A DNA stretch of 53,115 nucleotides from positions 1-53,115 of the forward strand of contig JABANN010000206.1 of NCBI GenBank assembly GCA_013115125.1, in the 5' to 3' direction. This document shows, one piece after another, positions 1 through 13,444 of the stretch; the first letter of the stretch is position 1; each line of letters opens with the position of its first letter. The translations under genes and the position numbers were made by a program. Source of the stretch: Perkinsus olseni. Lineage: Eukaryota. The notes beneath the pieces were generated by a model. The model was not told the DNA's origin and did no database searches. It was given only the letters and a program-made list of their open reading frames with translations.

Positions 1-70
<70 letters not shown>
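1..70. repeat. (ACA)n trinucleotide microsatellite, about 23 units, running off the window edge
   Basis: Perfect acaacaaca... tract from base 1 to 70. Confidence 0.97.
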
Positions 71-611
71 GCACCTGCATTGCTCGGTCATCATTTTCGC
101 CACCGTCACTGCTGCCTAGGTTGGATTCTGATGGGGATTCTGATGGGAAAGTTGGGGAAAGAGTGGTACCGCGGTTGAGAATGCGAAACAATGCGGTGTT
201 TTAAGCATTTTACGTAAAACCAAAAAAAGTGAAATCCAGACTCGATTCCGAGTTTCAGAAATACGCGTGAGGTCAATTCCACGATAGATGCCTAGCCGAC
301 CCTGTAGGTCCAGTAAACCAATCCCAAGACTCCGGATTCTCCAACAACGTGTAGAAATCAATTCTACAGCATCATTTAGTAGGCGCTGTCCCGAGGGAGC
401 ATCATCAATAATTTTTGGGCGCAGTGAAAAAACCCACAAATGCCTCGGAACCTTATTTGACGAACGGTGTTGATCTATTCAGCGATATCGCTGGTTGACA
501 GGACAGCTTAATGCTTGGAGCTGTAAACAGAAACAATAATTGGGAGATTCGTCCTTGGAATTTCTCAACCCCATCACAAGGCCCCGTGCACCGACTCCAT
601 CCGACGTCACC

Positions 612-1627
612 ATGCTACGTCTTATCTTTCCCATTGCTAGGGCCTACGGTAAGGGAGCGGTGCGAGTCCGTATTTACTCGTCGTTGTTGACAGTAGCTGT
701 TGTCGTTGCCAACGATGGCTACTGCCGTTGCAGCGACTACCGCAGGGGGTGGTTTCAAGGAGGCCCTCCTCTATGGATGGAAGTGGATACAATTTGCCGG
801 CCTGTTACACTGCACTCAGGAATACATATTCGACTTTTCAACGACACAGGGGGGTAGTATGGAGCCGAGTATACGATCAGAAGGCTGTGTCCTCTTTTAT
901 GATAAGGTGATAAGGAGCTTTGCTCACCAACTTGCTGTAGCATGGATGATCAGGTTTTTCCTAGACTAAAAGGGTATAGCAAAGGAGATGTAGTCATAGC
1001 CACTGCACCACATGGCGGCCATCAGATATGTAAAAGGATAGCTGGAGTAGCAGGTAGTAGTACTGGGTTACTCTTACGACCAGAAATCTATCTGCATGGC
1101 CAATATCTTCGAGGATCAATGTAACACTTTAATGGGGTTGTAGGAGTGGCGTCCCACTTGCAGAAGTGGAGACCCTCTAGTAATGCACGGTAGTATAGCT
1201 CGGGTGAAGTTCGTGATGTGTGGTTTGCGGAGGTTGAATATTAATAAATATGCCATGCTCTGACTTGTAGGTGATAAAGTGCCGGTTCATCGGCGAGGTA
1301 AAGAAGTGTACTTCCGGATACCGCCGGGACACGTGTGGCTGTTGGGGGATAACCCGGTACTAAATAGATGCCACTTCTGTCAATGGCCCAACGCTTCACG
1401 GCCCTACAGTGAAGGCCGGATGACGTATGTAATCAGCGCGTGTGAATTCATCGTAGTCACCCGGCCATTACAGAGCATGGCTAAGCTGCAGGTCGCTCGT
1501 TTCTCAGGAGAAGTCGTTGGATTCGAGAGCGTATGGTCCGGTCCCGGAGGCTCTATTAAAGGGCAGAGTGCGGGCAAAAGTATGGCCTCCTAGTCAGTGG
1601 GCTCGGTTTAGTGACAACCACTGGTAA
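612..1627 (+). CDS. IMP1: Mitochondrial inner membrane protease subunit (S26 signal peptidase family, IMP1-like), spliced
   Basis: Exons give GGSMEPSI (catalytic Ser), KGDVVIATAP, ICKRIAG (catalytic Lys), IPPGHVWLLGDN, SLDSRAYGPVP and GRVRAKVWPP. GT-AG introns lie between them. Stop TAA at 1625-1627. Confidence 0.85.
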
Positions 1628-1755
1628 AAGCAACAAGTTGCAGTAATTGAAAGTACCTATTTACCTAGTGTTTCATTGACCTAATGCATCATCAGTTTCC
1701 TGAGTGTTGAGTGTAGTGTTGTGGTAGTGTGACTGGGTATCCTGAGCTCTGTCTC

Positions 1756-4080
1756 ATGCACAGGAGGGGTCTATGGACTACAGACCTGCCGTGAGGATGA
1801 TGACGGATTGGGTGCGAGGATTGGGAAGGGTCCACCAGCGTTGCCTGCTGGCTTAACATTGATTGCCACTTATGAGGTGGGAGATCTTTAATGATACTGG
1901 GCCGGCTGCTCAACTGTTAGTGGTGGGCACATGCGCCCAACTCATACAGTACTGCTGGAGTAGTGTGCAGTCCTTCCACCAGCATGACTGCCGCTGCTAC
2001 TACTACCACAACAACGGCCCTGTTCGATGTCGATACACTAGCTCTACTGCTCACCCTCTTCGTTATCTATAGTAACTCGATCAAGCGTAGGAAATGGTGG
2101 ATGGACGTCAGCTTGGAGCCGTAAGCTACCAGAAGTAGGTAAGGGTCTATCGGTTACTAGTCAGGTCCTCCCTCCTAGTGTATCATAAGGATCAACGCTC
2201 GTCGTCTAGCTCTACTGGACTAGCTAGGCTCGGTGAGGTCTCCGATACCATCACAGGGGCTACTCCTGGTCGTGGTGTAGAGCAGCTGCCCTACTTCTTC
2301 TCTTTGGAGGTATGCAGCCGCTATAGGTGCTGCCCTCATTACTACTCCTTAGGTCATCATGTTTACTCCGATGGCTTTGGGAGTATCCCTTGGAGTGGTG
2401 ACACTGACAAGATACTTCACGGTGAGTAGCGTACTGAGTAAGCCTCTTGTAAGGTTACCTTCCCAGGGTCGAAGGAATCCCTACTCCCCGTTCTTCCTGG
2501 GTGCTGTACTATGCATGGCCTTCCCGGTGAGCTCAGGATACTTCACCGTTCAGGAGTAACTTCACCGTCTCTGTCAGGTTTTACTGTCGGCCTGGCGTGC
2601 GGCAAGATCGAGTAATGGTAACCAAGTCGCATCACTTCTGGCAGCTCTCATCATCACGCCCATCGCGTGCTTCAACACGTAAGAATGCTTTGTGCTATAG
2701 AGGTGTGCCATCTTGCACGTCGTGTGCAGGTCGGCGCTCTTCGGGGTGGACCCTCCCCAACCTAATTTTCCCCTATCTCCCGAGCAACAAGCCCTCCTGA
2801 ATGACCTCGGGATGGAGAAATTGGTACCCATCCTTCGAGGCGTCGCGTATGACTTCTAGCTCTGACTTCCTTTGCAATTATCTCTCCTCTCAAGGCACAC
2901 TATGCTCTATGTCGGCCTCTTACTAGCGGTCTACACAATCGTAGGCTATTCACAGAGGAGTGAGCAACAGCAGCAGCAACTAGGGCGGGAGAACCTCTCT
3001 AGGTACCGAACTACTGGACGCATGGATAAGGGGAGGGGATCAGACAGCTCGCAGCAGTCGACAGACATGCAACTCAATCTGCCATGATACCCCACTAGAG
3101 GATGCGGCCGAATCAGTTAACGAGGCACCATCGGCAACGAGAGAGAGGCTAATTCTTTATTTCGTATTCTTGGCTCCAATGGTGAGGGGCAGCATTCCGA
3201 GCCACGAGGAGTGTCCTCTAACCGCTCAGGCTATACCGTTATTTATTTCTCCATTAACCTCACCTCTCCCATCAGCCGTATCATCATTATCAGAGTTCAT
3301 AACCTGCTGTCTTGCTATCTTCATCGTAGATTTCAGATTTTACATGATGTTTCCAGGGGTGAGTGATGCAGGTGGAAAGAGCAGCGGCACTCAAAGCCTC
3401 CTCTGTTATGTAGGTGGTCCAACATTGGCTACTGTCTCGTGCTGACGGTGCAGCAGCAGGAGGCGGGTTGGAGTTGGAGACCCGCTACATGCGAGCACTC
3501 TACACTGCATTCGAGTGTGCCGTGGTACCACGCTTCATCACGGTCTTCATCGAGTTGGACATGACCCTACGTATAATCCCGGTAAGTTACAGCGTCCTCA
3601 ACGATCGGTCGATTGAGTTGCCTCAGGCCGTGCTTGGACTCGTTCAAGTCGATAATACTGTTCAGGACTTGAGGAGGTAGTTAGCTGTATCTCTCCCGTC
3701 ACGATGCACTCCATTCAGTTCCATCCTCCCAATCTTACCTCACGATCATTCAGCCTACGAAATTGACTATTCTCAGTAGGCTTTTTGCATTGACTAACGC
3801 CGCTGCATCGTCGTTCATTATCATCAGACTAATACCAAGAATACGCAGGGCCATCAGTGCGGTATGGTCTATGGTGTTGCCACCTGCGGAGGTTATGAAG
3901 TGGTCCAAGATTTACGTTGGGACGTTGATACTTGCCTGGGTGGTGATCATTTGTAGCACTTTGGTGTATCGACCAAGTCAAGTACAACAAATACTAAGAA
4001 ATAACAAAACGATTAAACAAAGTTGAACCGCTGAGCATTCTCACTGTTTGCTTGGCTAATAATAGATTCTTTGAATTAAC
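1756..4080 (+). CDS. Multi-exon, multi-pass membrane protein of unknown family (boundaries approximate; could be two genes)
   Basis: Series of hydrophobic exons (e.g. FTPMALGVSLGVVTLTRYF, MLYVGLLLAVYTI, RLILYFVFLAPM, WSKIYVGTLILAWVVIICS) separated by gtgag/gtaag...ag introns. No family motif recognised. Confidence 0.5.
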
Positions 4081-4302
4081 GGAGCGACTTGTGTTGTCAC
4101 ATCGACGCATTATCACTATGTCCCAGTGACACATACTTGGTAGGTGGTACAAATCACCTGCTGGCTTTGTAACGCAACAAGACGATGATGGTGCAATTGC
4201 ATACACTAGAGTAAAAACTCATTCTTGACCTAGTCAAGTTATGATGTTTCGCGCTGCTGCCGCTCAACAAAATATCATCATAACCAGTTGGACACTTGGG
4301 AA

Positions 4303-7300
4303 CTATTGGGACATTTTGAGGATAAGTTGTCTGTCTCCGAGTATGTTATTTACTCTTGCACAACTTGGCCAGAATTTACCACGACTTCGAACCCAGGGTA
4401 GAGGGAACGCTGCTACTTCTCGAGAGTAACTGAAGGAGTGGTGAGTCGTTACGTTGATGATGCTGGTGCTCACTTACCAATGGTCCCACTTCTCGGACGT
4501 AACCATATCCTCAGCATGTGGAGCATTCTTCAACGGATTGTCCTTCAAGTCATAAACTCCGTCGGCAATTTGATCAATCTCATTCTTGATCTGGATCAGA
4601 GCATCACAAAACCTGACGAAAGGAAGCATACGCGGAAACGGCCCTCAGCGTCGCTGAGTCTTACCTATCCAACTCGTCTTTGCTCTCACTCTCAGTGGGT
4701 TCGATCATCAACGAGTGATGTACTGGCCAACTCATAGTAGGGGCGTGGAAGCCATAATCCATCAATCTCTTGGCAATGTCCTCTTCGACCACCTGCGAAC
4801 AGCAGAACACCATGCCATGGCTATTGACCGTGGTTAAACTACCCCTGTATGCTTGCGTATGTCCGATATGTCGATGATAAACTCATGACTGCATCTACCA
4901 TTAGAGTTCACATGCATGAGGGGATAATATTCCTGAGATGGTGAGGGTGTTGAGCACAGCTAACAACAAGGCCTCCTCACCTTGAGCCTAGCTGCCATGT
5001 AATTGGCGTTGAGTATAGCCATCTCGGCACTGGCCCGCAGGCCCTCCTCTCCTAGCATGTTGATGAACATCCATGGAATGGATGCTATGCCCGCCTGGCC
5101 GAATGGGGCTGCATTTACAGACCCTGCCACAGCTGTGTCAGTACCAGTAGGAACAACAGAGTGGGAAGGCATGAAGGGCCTGACGATGATGTGAGATCCG
5201 TATCATAGTATCGAGAGAGCAGCCCTACCGTAGATGCTCAGCAGCACAGATGGGCCCCATACCCGGCCCACCGCCACCATGAGGGATCGAAAACGTCTTA
5301 TGCAGGTTAAGATGGCAAACATCAGCACCTTGAATAGAGGCTATGGGCGGCGAGCTTGGAGATGGGTGATACATACCGATGGTCCCCGGTGAGGTAAGAC
5401 CTAGTTGTGCATTCATATTAGCACCATCCATATACACTTGTCCACCGTATTTATGTACTGTGTCACATATTGCTTTGATATGAGTCTCGAAGACACCTCT
5501 CGTGCTAGGATAGGTAATCATCAATGCTCCCAGTCTATCTCCTATCTCTGAGCATGTCCGGTCGAGTACGTCAAGGTCCATACCATTGGGACCTAGGGAC
5601 AACTACCGATAGTGCTAACAAGAGGGGGCACTCGGTATACCATCATCATCCAGCCAAACTATCTCGAAGCCCATCATAGCCGCTGATGCTGGATTGGTAC
5701 CATGAGCCGAGCGTGGTATCAGACACATACTTCGCTGGGTATCACCTTGAGGGTGGAAGATGGCGGGTGCTTAAGCTGCAGCCGTTGGTCGGGGTATTCC
5801 CTACCTCGGGATGTATGGTACTGTCTGATGGCTAGCAGACCGGCAAACTCCCCTTGAGCACCACTGCATGGTTGCAGAGAACACACAGCGAAACCAGTTA
5901 TCTGAGAAGGACTACTGCTACTACATATATTACATACGTATCGATACTTCCTCCAGGCTCCGCTCCAAGGACCTGAGTAGTTCAGTGTATCCCTCCATCT
6001 GGTTGAGGGGAGTGAAGGGATGTGGGGTAGTAACTTCCTCTCTGACGATGGGGAATAGATTGCACTGGGACGAGAGAGGGCTTCAACGGTGGCCTTACTG
6101 GACTATAGTATACATAGAGCTGGAAGAGTTCAACTTCATAGTACATGAACCGAGGGTTATCATAGACTTGGTGAGGGAGATATCCTGAAGGGCGATCGCA
6201 TTAACGTCATGTATTTGTCAGGGTTTGAGGGGTACCTTGCTCTGTAGGTGATAGAGGTAACGCATAAGGTCAGTCTCTGTGACTATGGTGTTGAATATCT
6301 ACACCACAGTAACCACTACCATCAGCTGCGCAGGACGGCCACTGACGATCGGTACTACCTTCTGTGACATGAATGGCTTGGTGCGTCGCAGTGACGATGG
6401 TATGAGGCCCAGGTCAGCATCCGATGGGTGCTCGACCTCTTCAAGAACAGCCGGGCATTGACCGCCAACAGCAGAGGCCACAACCTGAGACAAGCACTAA
6501 GTAGGATGAGGAGGAGCGGTGACTGATGACCTTGAGTAAAGCCTCAACGTCCTGCACAGTATGTGTCTCATCAAAGGTAGCGGATACTGTCGATGGATCC
6601 ACCAATCTCAAGTTCATGCCAGCAGCCACCGCTGCCTCCATAGCCCTAGATGCCTCTTCAGGCGACCCAAACTCCATCGAAACACAGTCGAAAAACATGT
6701 TTGGGGTGACGGCAGGGACCTGATGATGATGATGATGATGATGCCGAGGAGGATGCCCCATCTAGGGGCTGCTGAGTAAGGTCATCATCACCTTCATCTG
6801 TTGAAGTCCTGTGACGAATAGTTGACCTAGAGCATGTACCCTGGCGGCGATACGAGTAAGGCCCGATGGTCCATGGTACACAGCATACATAGCACTCATG
6901 TTAGCGAGCAGTGCCTGTGCTGTACATACGTTGGAGGTGGCCTTGTTCAACCTAACAGAACCGCCATTACGAGGCACGTCCACCGGGGTTGTTGAATACT
7001 ACCTGATATGCTGCTCCCTCGTCTGCAGTGTGAGCCTGTAGGCCGGGTTGCCTTGAGCATCCTCTGATATCCCCACCAGCCTACCCGCCATACGACGTGT
7101 ATTGGGGGTTGTAGTAGCAAGATAGCCAGCGGCCGGCCCGCCGTACCACATGGACACACCGAACCTCTGCATCGTACCCACCACTACTTGGGCCCCCATA
7201 TCACTTGGAGGCTTGCAGACAGTCAACGCTAGAGGGTCAGCTGCTACTGCTAGTACTCCTCCACTGCCCTCCTTCAGGGCATCAGCGACAAAGGTGAAGT

Positions 7301-8545
7301 CACGGAGTACACCACGGGTATCGGGGTATTGCACAAACGCTCCGATAAGGTCCTTCCTGGTGAAGTCGTAGGAATCAACGTCTCCTATGTCAAGTGGTAT
7401 CCCAGCCCATTTAGCGCGAGTCTTGACGACCTCTATGGTCTGTGGATGCATACTGTCCGACATGAACATGACCTTACGTGTACTGTTACCAACACCTGAT
7501 CAACAGGATGATGTGGTGATGGTGTGGTATCGCTACTGCTACACCGCTGTACTACCTCGTTGTATCATAGTGACTGCCTCTGCAGCAGCAGTAGCCTCAT
7601 CCAGTAAGGAGCAATTAGCCACAGGTAGGCCCGTTAGCTCGGATACAACTGTCTGGAATATCAACAGGGCCTCCAACCGGCCTGAGGGCAACGCTACATA
7701 CTCATGAGGAGCATGGGAGCGACCGCCCTCCACCACCTTCACTACAGTACCTTGGGATATCTCAGCCTGATAAGGTGTATAACTAGTGTACCAGGCGGGG
7801 TTCTCGGCGAGGTTACGGAGTACAGCTGTTGGTACTATGGTACCATGATATCTACAGGATACGATGATACTGCAGACCAGCAGAGAAGACCCCTCACCCC
7901 TGGCCTATGAAGTTCTTGTATAGTTTGTTCTTCTTCATCATCTTCCTGAATGTGCTCAAAGCCTCACTCTCTGACTTGGCCGTGGCGATGCTCAGGAAGC
8001 CAGGGTCACGCATGATGTGGCCTGATGAGCAAGCTATGAGTAGAGCTGACAGGGCGGTAGCATCCTACTTGGTATAGTTTCCTCGATGAGCTGCTCTAGA
8101 CTGGAGGCTCCAGCTACACGGCACATCTCCTTGATATCACTCTGACCACTGCCTATGTGCCGTGGTAGGAAGGTGTCCGACCTAGGGTATGGATGGCTAG
8201 GTGTGATTGGATGTTGTTGCTGATTACTTATCGAATATACTCCCTGGGTGCAGTCCCGTATAATGCTTATCATTAGGGGAGAGGGACTTAACAAAATCAT
8301 CAACAACAGAACTAGACGACGAAGGGGCCTGAACCATTGGTAGGGCTGCACTGATGTCAACGACGGTGACTCCTTACACTGTGAGATCGTCTTACACCCA
8401 AGCCTAATTGTGGCTTGGGGAAGTAGCTGGCAGCTTTGGAGACGCCACAGGGCAGGGTGCATGCTGTGATAGGTGCCGAGACGCTGAGGATATAGGAGGC
8501 CCCAACGACTGGGCTACCGAGGGGCAGCAATGCCCGGGAGAGCAT
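4303..8545 (-). CDS. GLDC: Glycine dehydrogenase (decarboxylating), glycine cleavage system P protein, mitochondrial, multi-exon
   Basis: Motifs [98 protein letters not shown] (PLP Lys), [12 protein letters not shown] and [17 protein letters not shown]-terminus MLSRALLP resembles a presequence. Confidence 0.95.
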
Positions 8546-8713
8546 GGTGGCTGCGGAAACAGAACTGGTGACGAGAGGGCTGATACTCGGATGTTCGGCG
8601 AGGTGCGTGAGCCGTTGTAACAGTACTAAACCCAACTACACGCATTTGATAATAGGATAAGAGCAGCCCTCTCACGAAACACTGTGAAAATGGTCCTATC
8701 TGCGCTTGGCCTT

Positions 8714-11700
8714 CTACTCCTCGACAGCTCTGGCCACTAGCTCGGTCACGGCTTGGCTCTTGGCACGCACACTCAACTTCAATAGGCATCCACGGGAAGG
8801 ATCAATACCAAGCAGACACTTCACCAATACGGTCATACCACCTGATATGATGATAGCTACTATAGCGTTGTACTGCGAGTAATACTAGTAGTAGTACTAC
8901 TACTACTACCAGCGAAGGTCCCACAAAGGAGGAGAGTATGTCCCCTGGCTGCCGTCTCATCACTAATCACACCTGTTACGCAAGCATTATGGATGTACCC
9001 CAACTGCATGGTTATGGTTATGGTTATTACCACTGCCATCACACGGCTCACAGTTAAGGGAGGTCTGAAGGCCCTTGATAGCCTGTTCTACAGTCTTATA
9101 CCCCAGAATATGCTTTGCTGTTGTCTCGCCACCACATTGAGCATGCATAGCCTCCCATCCTTGACGGAACTGCCCTGGGGGCAGACCTCTAGGGGAGATA
9201 TGGTCGCCGATGGTGAGGGTTATCTGAACAGGAGTAGGTTGCTAGGAGTACTGCACGACTGCTGCTGCTGCTGCAGTACATCTTCAACAGGATACTCATC
9301 CTTGTATCCTATATCATCACCATCCTCCTTCACCGTGTACTCCAAGCATGCTCCAAACCTCGCACAGTGTATGCCACCATCCATCTTCTCTAATACCACA
9401 TACGCTGAAGCCGTCTGAAGTAAGACGAGAAGACGTGGTTGATCGGCAGAGGCAAGTATGATGAATATTACATCACCGTAAGTAAGAGTAGCTATTCCAA
9501 GCTCTCCTATCTCTTGGAAGAGGCCATTGTCATCCACACCACTCAGCTTAACAGTTATATTATCCAGTTCTACGTCCTCTAAGGTGTTGGTGACGACAAA
9601 CTCGAGGACCTAGGGAACGGAGAGATAGTAGTGAGGATGACAGCCACACTGCTCCTCCTACCAGATATGACTTGAATATATGCTTTTTGCCTCTAACACG
9701 ATACTCAGCCTCTTGCTCTGTGAGCATCTGGCCACGACTCGAGTGCAGGAGGGGTCCAAGGTCCGATGATGATATCTGAGTGAGGGTGGTGTACTACTAT
9801 GAAGAGCAATAGCAAGGACGCTTACCAAGGGAGATAGGGCGTTCAAAAACTCCTGTTGAGCATCACCATAGGAGGCAGCACCATTACCAGCACCTATATG
9901 GAAAAGTAGCCCTCAGCTATCGCGTGTTGATACTACTACTACCATTGCCCGATCCACGAGGCCCTGAGCCAGTACTAGCCTCAGTCTCACTGGCCCCACC
10001 AGCAGCAGTAGAGGGCTTAGCACCGCCCATCCGTGCTATAGCCCCCTGAGAGGCAGCGGCAGCAGAGGCTTCCATGGCCTGTTGACGTTCCGCCTCCATC
10101 TAACAAGCAGGGGCAGGTACAACCGCTGGCACCTCTATGATCGCACTACTCTCTGAGGTACTACCTCTCTCATCTGAGCTCTGTAGGCCTCGGGCGTTGG
10201 TAGGATACTAGTATCAACCTCCTTGTCCTGGGTATTAGGATCCGACATTTGAGCCAGCATACTGTCGTATAGGGCATCTACGTAACATGCCCCATAAGCA
10301 GTACAACTTCCCACTGTGAACTCACCAATAGAGAAGGGCAACTCCTTCTCAGTCAATAGGACTTCTAGATCCTCAGTAGCCTCAGTGGACTCTGAACCAA
10401 CAGGGGACATAGCATCCTTCAAGGTGGCGGTGTAGAGGCGGATACGATCACGAACCTATGGCAGCTGATGAGTTATAGTCCTTCAGAAATGCTGATAGTA
10501 CCTCATCATCATTATCCTTATCCGCGGTCTCCAGAAGGGTTACTATATCTGCACGCAGTGATGGTACTGCCAGACCGATCTTGGCAAGAGCATCCACAGC
10601 AGCTCCGCGAACCACCGCATTCTCCAGGATAAGACGGTTATAGATAAACCTAGAGTGATGATGTCCACTGAAGTAGAGCAACAACACTACTTACCTTATG
10701 TACTTCTCCGGATGCTCTGTAGAAGGTACATGACCAGCTAGGAAAGTGAGGACCCGACAGCATAGGGCTGGGTACTCACAATCCTCGATAAACTCGCACA
10801 GATGGAGGAGGCCGAGATCAGTGGCAGCAGGCACCTACACAATGAGTGGCTTAAGCTGGCTATGAGAATACTGATGAGAGGAGTAGTGGTACTACCTGAC
10901 TAATGACCAGTATGATGGTGTCCACGAGCTCCTTCTTAAACTCGTGTGAGCCCTCTTCCCGTAGGCTGGATGACAGGAATCCCATCAATACACGATGCTT
11001 GGAGGGATACCTAGGGCAGCCAAGTGATGCCACACCAGCGACTGATGCTGCAGGTGCGGGGCTATTACTGTATGCAGAGACTCCTGATGGCCCGTACAAT
11101 GTCCAACTTATACACATCTGATATATCTGACAATCATAGAGCATGTCTGATGATCGAGCAGGACTGAGACTAGGAAGGCCAGCAGGGTTGTCGTGGTTAC
11201 GATCTCATAGCGGCGAACGCACTACCAATGAGATCACACACAACGACTCTGTGATTTCGCGCGAGTACAAACGCCAAGGGAGACAGGTGATACCACACCA
11301 TTATTATTACCGCTCATGAGGGTCTGTATTTGCTTGACCAGTTTATCAATATTAGCCTCTTGTCCAGTCTTGAGCAACGTCGTCAAGGCCAGAGTGGCAA
11401 TGTTACGATTGGAGTCGGACAGTAGGGGCTCGATATCGCTGTTACACCTCGATACCACTCCAGGACGGGTCTTGGCCAAGTAGTTCAAGCATCGGATGGC
11501 TGCAAACCTAAGGCACCACCAGGCAATGTCTGTACCGAGCAAAGCCTGCCTCAAGTAGCACTACCTAACGACTGGTTTGGGGGAGTTCAATAATACTTGC
11601 ATAACAGCCATAGCCGAGGACATATCATAGACCCTGATGGCGATGCATAGATGCCTCAATGGAGCCAAGGTGGCAGTTGTACTACCCGTTGCAGATGATG

Positions 11701-13061
11701 GTCTGATTAGCCATCGATGCCGCCTGACGTGGGTTCCTCTTGATCTCTACATCAGCCAGTTCAAAAAAGGCCCTGGCAGCTTCGAATTGTACCTCCAGGT
11801 TGATTACAGTTAGAAACAACTCGAGCACAGCTACCCAACACTACCATCTCCGATTTGTGGCGAAGGCACGTATTCAAAAAGTTGAGGAGCTGCCTCTCCA
11901 CCATCATATCCTGATCATGGGCAACCAGGGCTGCACCTGAAGATGAGTGGGCCTCATACCAACACTACCAACACTAACAGTACTACCAGTGTAACGAATA
12001 AGAGAACAGACAGCCATAGGGCTCTTGGGGGGTGCCTGACCCTCAGCGGTGAACTGGCCCAATACCTTCTGTAGAGCTAGACGATCGTTGCCTGACCAAG
12101 AGCGGTACTTAGAAGGTGATGATAAGGAGCGTTGATCTCACGTTTAATGTCATAAAGGAGGGCTAGGGCATGATATTGAACCATAGGCGAACTCGTGTTC
12201 TGGGCTGCAGACTGGACCTCAGATACCCACCTACAACGACAGGAACGATCCCTACAGGTGATTTGCTGCCGACTATGATGATTACCTCCTCACGAGATCA
12301 GGCACTGTATTCATAAGCTGCATACCACACACCAGTGCGGCACTTTGGACAAAGGCACACTTATCAACAATAGCTGACAACAATACACAATACCCAATAC
12401 ACTACCCATAAAGTACCTCACCTGACTTAAGATACCTATCGACCTGGGCAGCCATGTTAGGGTCCAATATACGGCTCAATACTCGTATAGCGTTGGCACG
12501 GTAGGAGTCGTTGGTGGACTGCATATCCTTGGTCAAGCATGATGTGACGATGAAAACCTAATAAATGAAGACGAAGACGATATCCCCGAGAGATCGAGGA
12601 GTATCTTTCCTACTTCCGTCTCACTAGGATGAAGATTCTTCAAAACTAGATAAACCATCCTCCGTAGTTTAACATTATTGCTTTGGAATAGTTTAGTAAT
12701 ACCAAAGAACATGTCCGTGAGCTCAGAACCATTGAAGTCTTCGCCTTGCGTGATCAGGTACAGGATCTAAGGCGGCCAAGGGCAATAACAAAAGCAGCAA
12801 AGGGCTCATAGAGGACCTACCTTAGTGATGAGCTTACAGCATTTCACTGTATCGATGGGGGTGTTGTTGAAGATACGAGTCTCCTGTATGACCGTGGCCT
12901 TCTCACATTCCCAAGGATTGCCTGAGTGCACGACCAGTCCGGAAATCAATGGCAGGAGTATTGTTATCATCATTACCACCATCATCCTTTCCATCAGTAT
13001 CCATCTTGAGGTTATCCTTCAAGGCCTCCTTCACCTTCTCCTTTATGGCATCCACATTCAT
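8714..13061 (-). CDS. COPG: Coatomer subunit gamma (gamma-COP), multi-exon
   Basis: EKATVIQETRIFN, LFQSNNVKLRRMVYL, TSCLTKDM, NRNIATLALTTLLKTG, LREEGSHEFK, RFIYNRLILENAVVRGAAVDALAK and appendage-domain GYKDEYPVED. Stop TAG at 8714-8716. Confidence 0.95.
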
Positions 13062-13444
13062 TTTAACAACAACAATAACAACAAAAGCCAACAGGACATG
13101 TGATGATAAACAACCTCGTTACACTCGGGAGTACTAGCAGCGGCTACGCCACCAACCACAGCAGCAACACCAGCGCACTATTAATTTTCGTCGTGATGAG
13201 TTTTGTTACAGAAAAGTACCCCTACTAGGAATCGAACCTGCGCGAAAAATTGATCTGCCCCGAACTCTGCTATCAGTGACTTGATCGAAGCAAATGAAAC
13301 TGGTATATTACACGGAGTAGTAGAGGAATAATGCAGCGACAAGAGGAAGAACAAATCAGAGCAAACAACTACCGGACTAAGGCTAGAGACCCTCGTACAA
13401 TCATCTGACAACAACATCCAGTGGGGTAAAGACAAAAGGGCATG

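Noticed and set aside
1-70. Terminal repeat as telomere or CRISPR array
   Set aside because: Simple (ACA)n microsatellite with no spacers and no telomeric G-rich unit; probably an assembly break.
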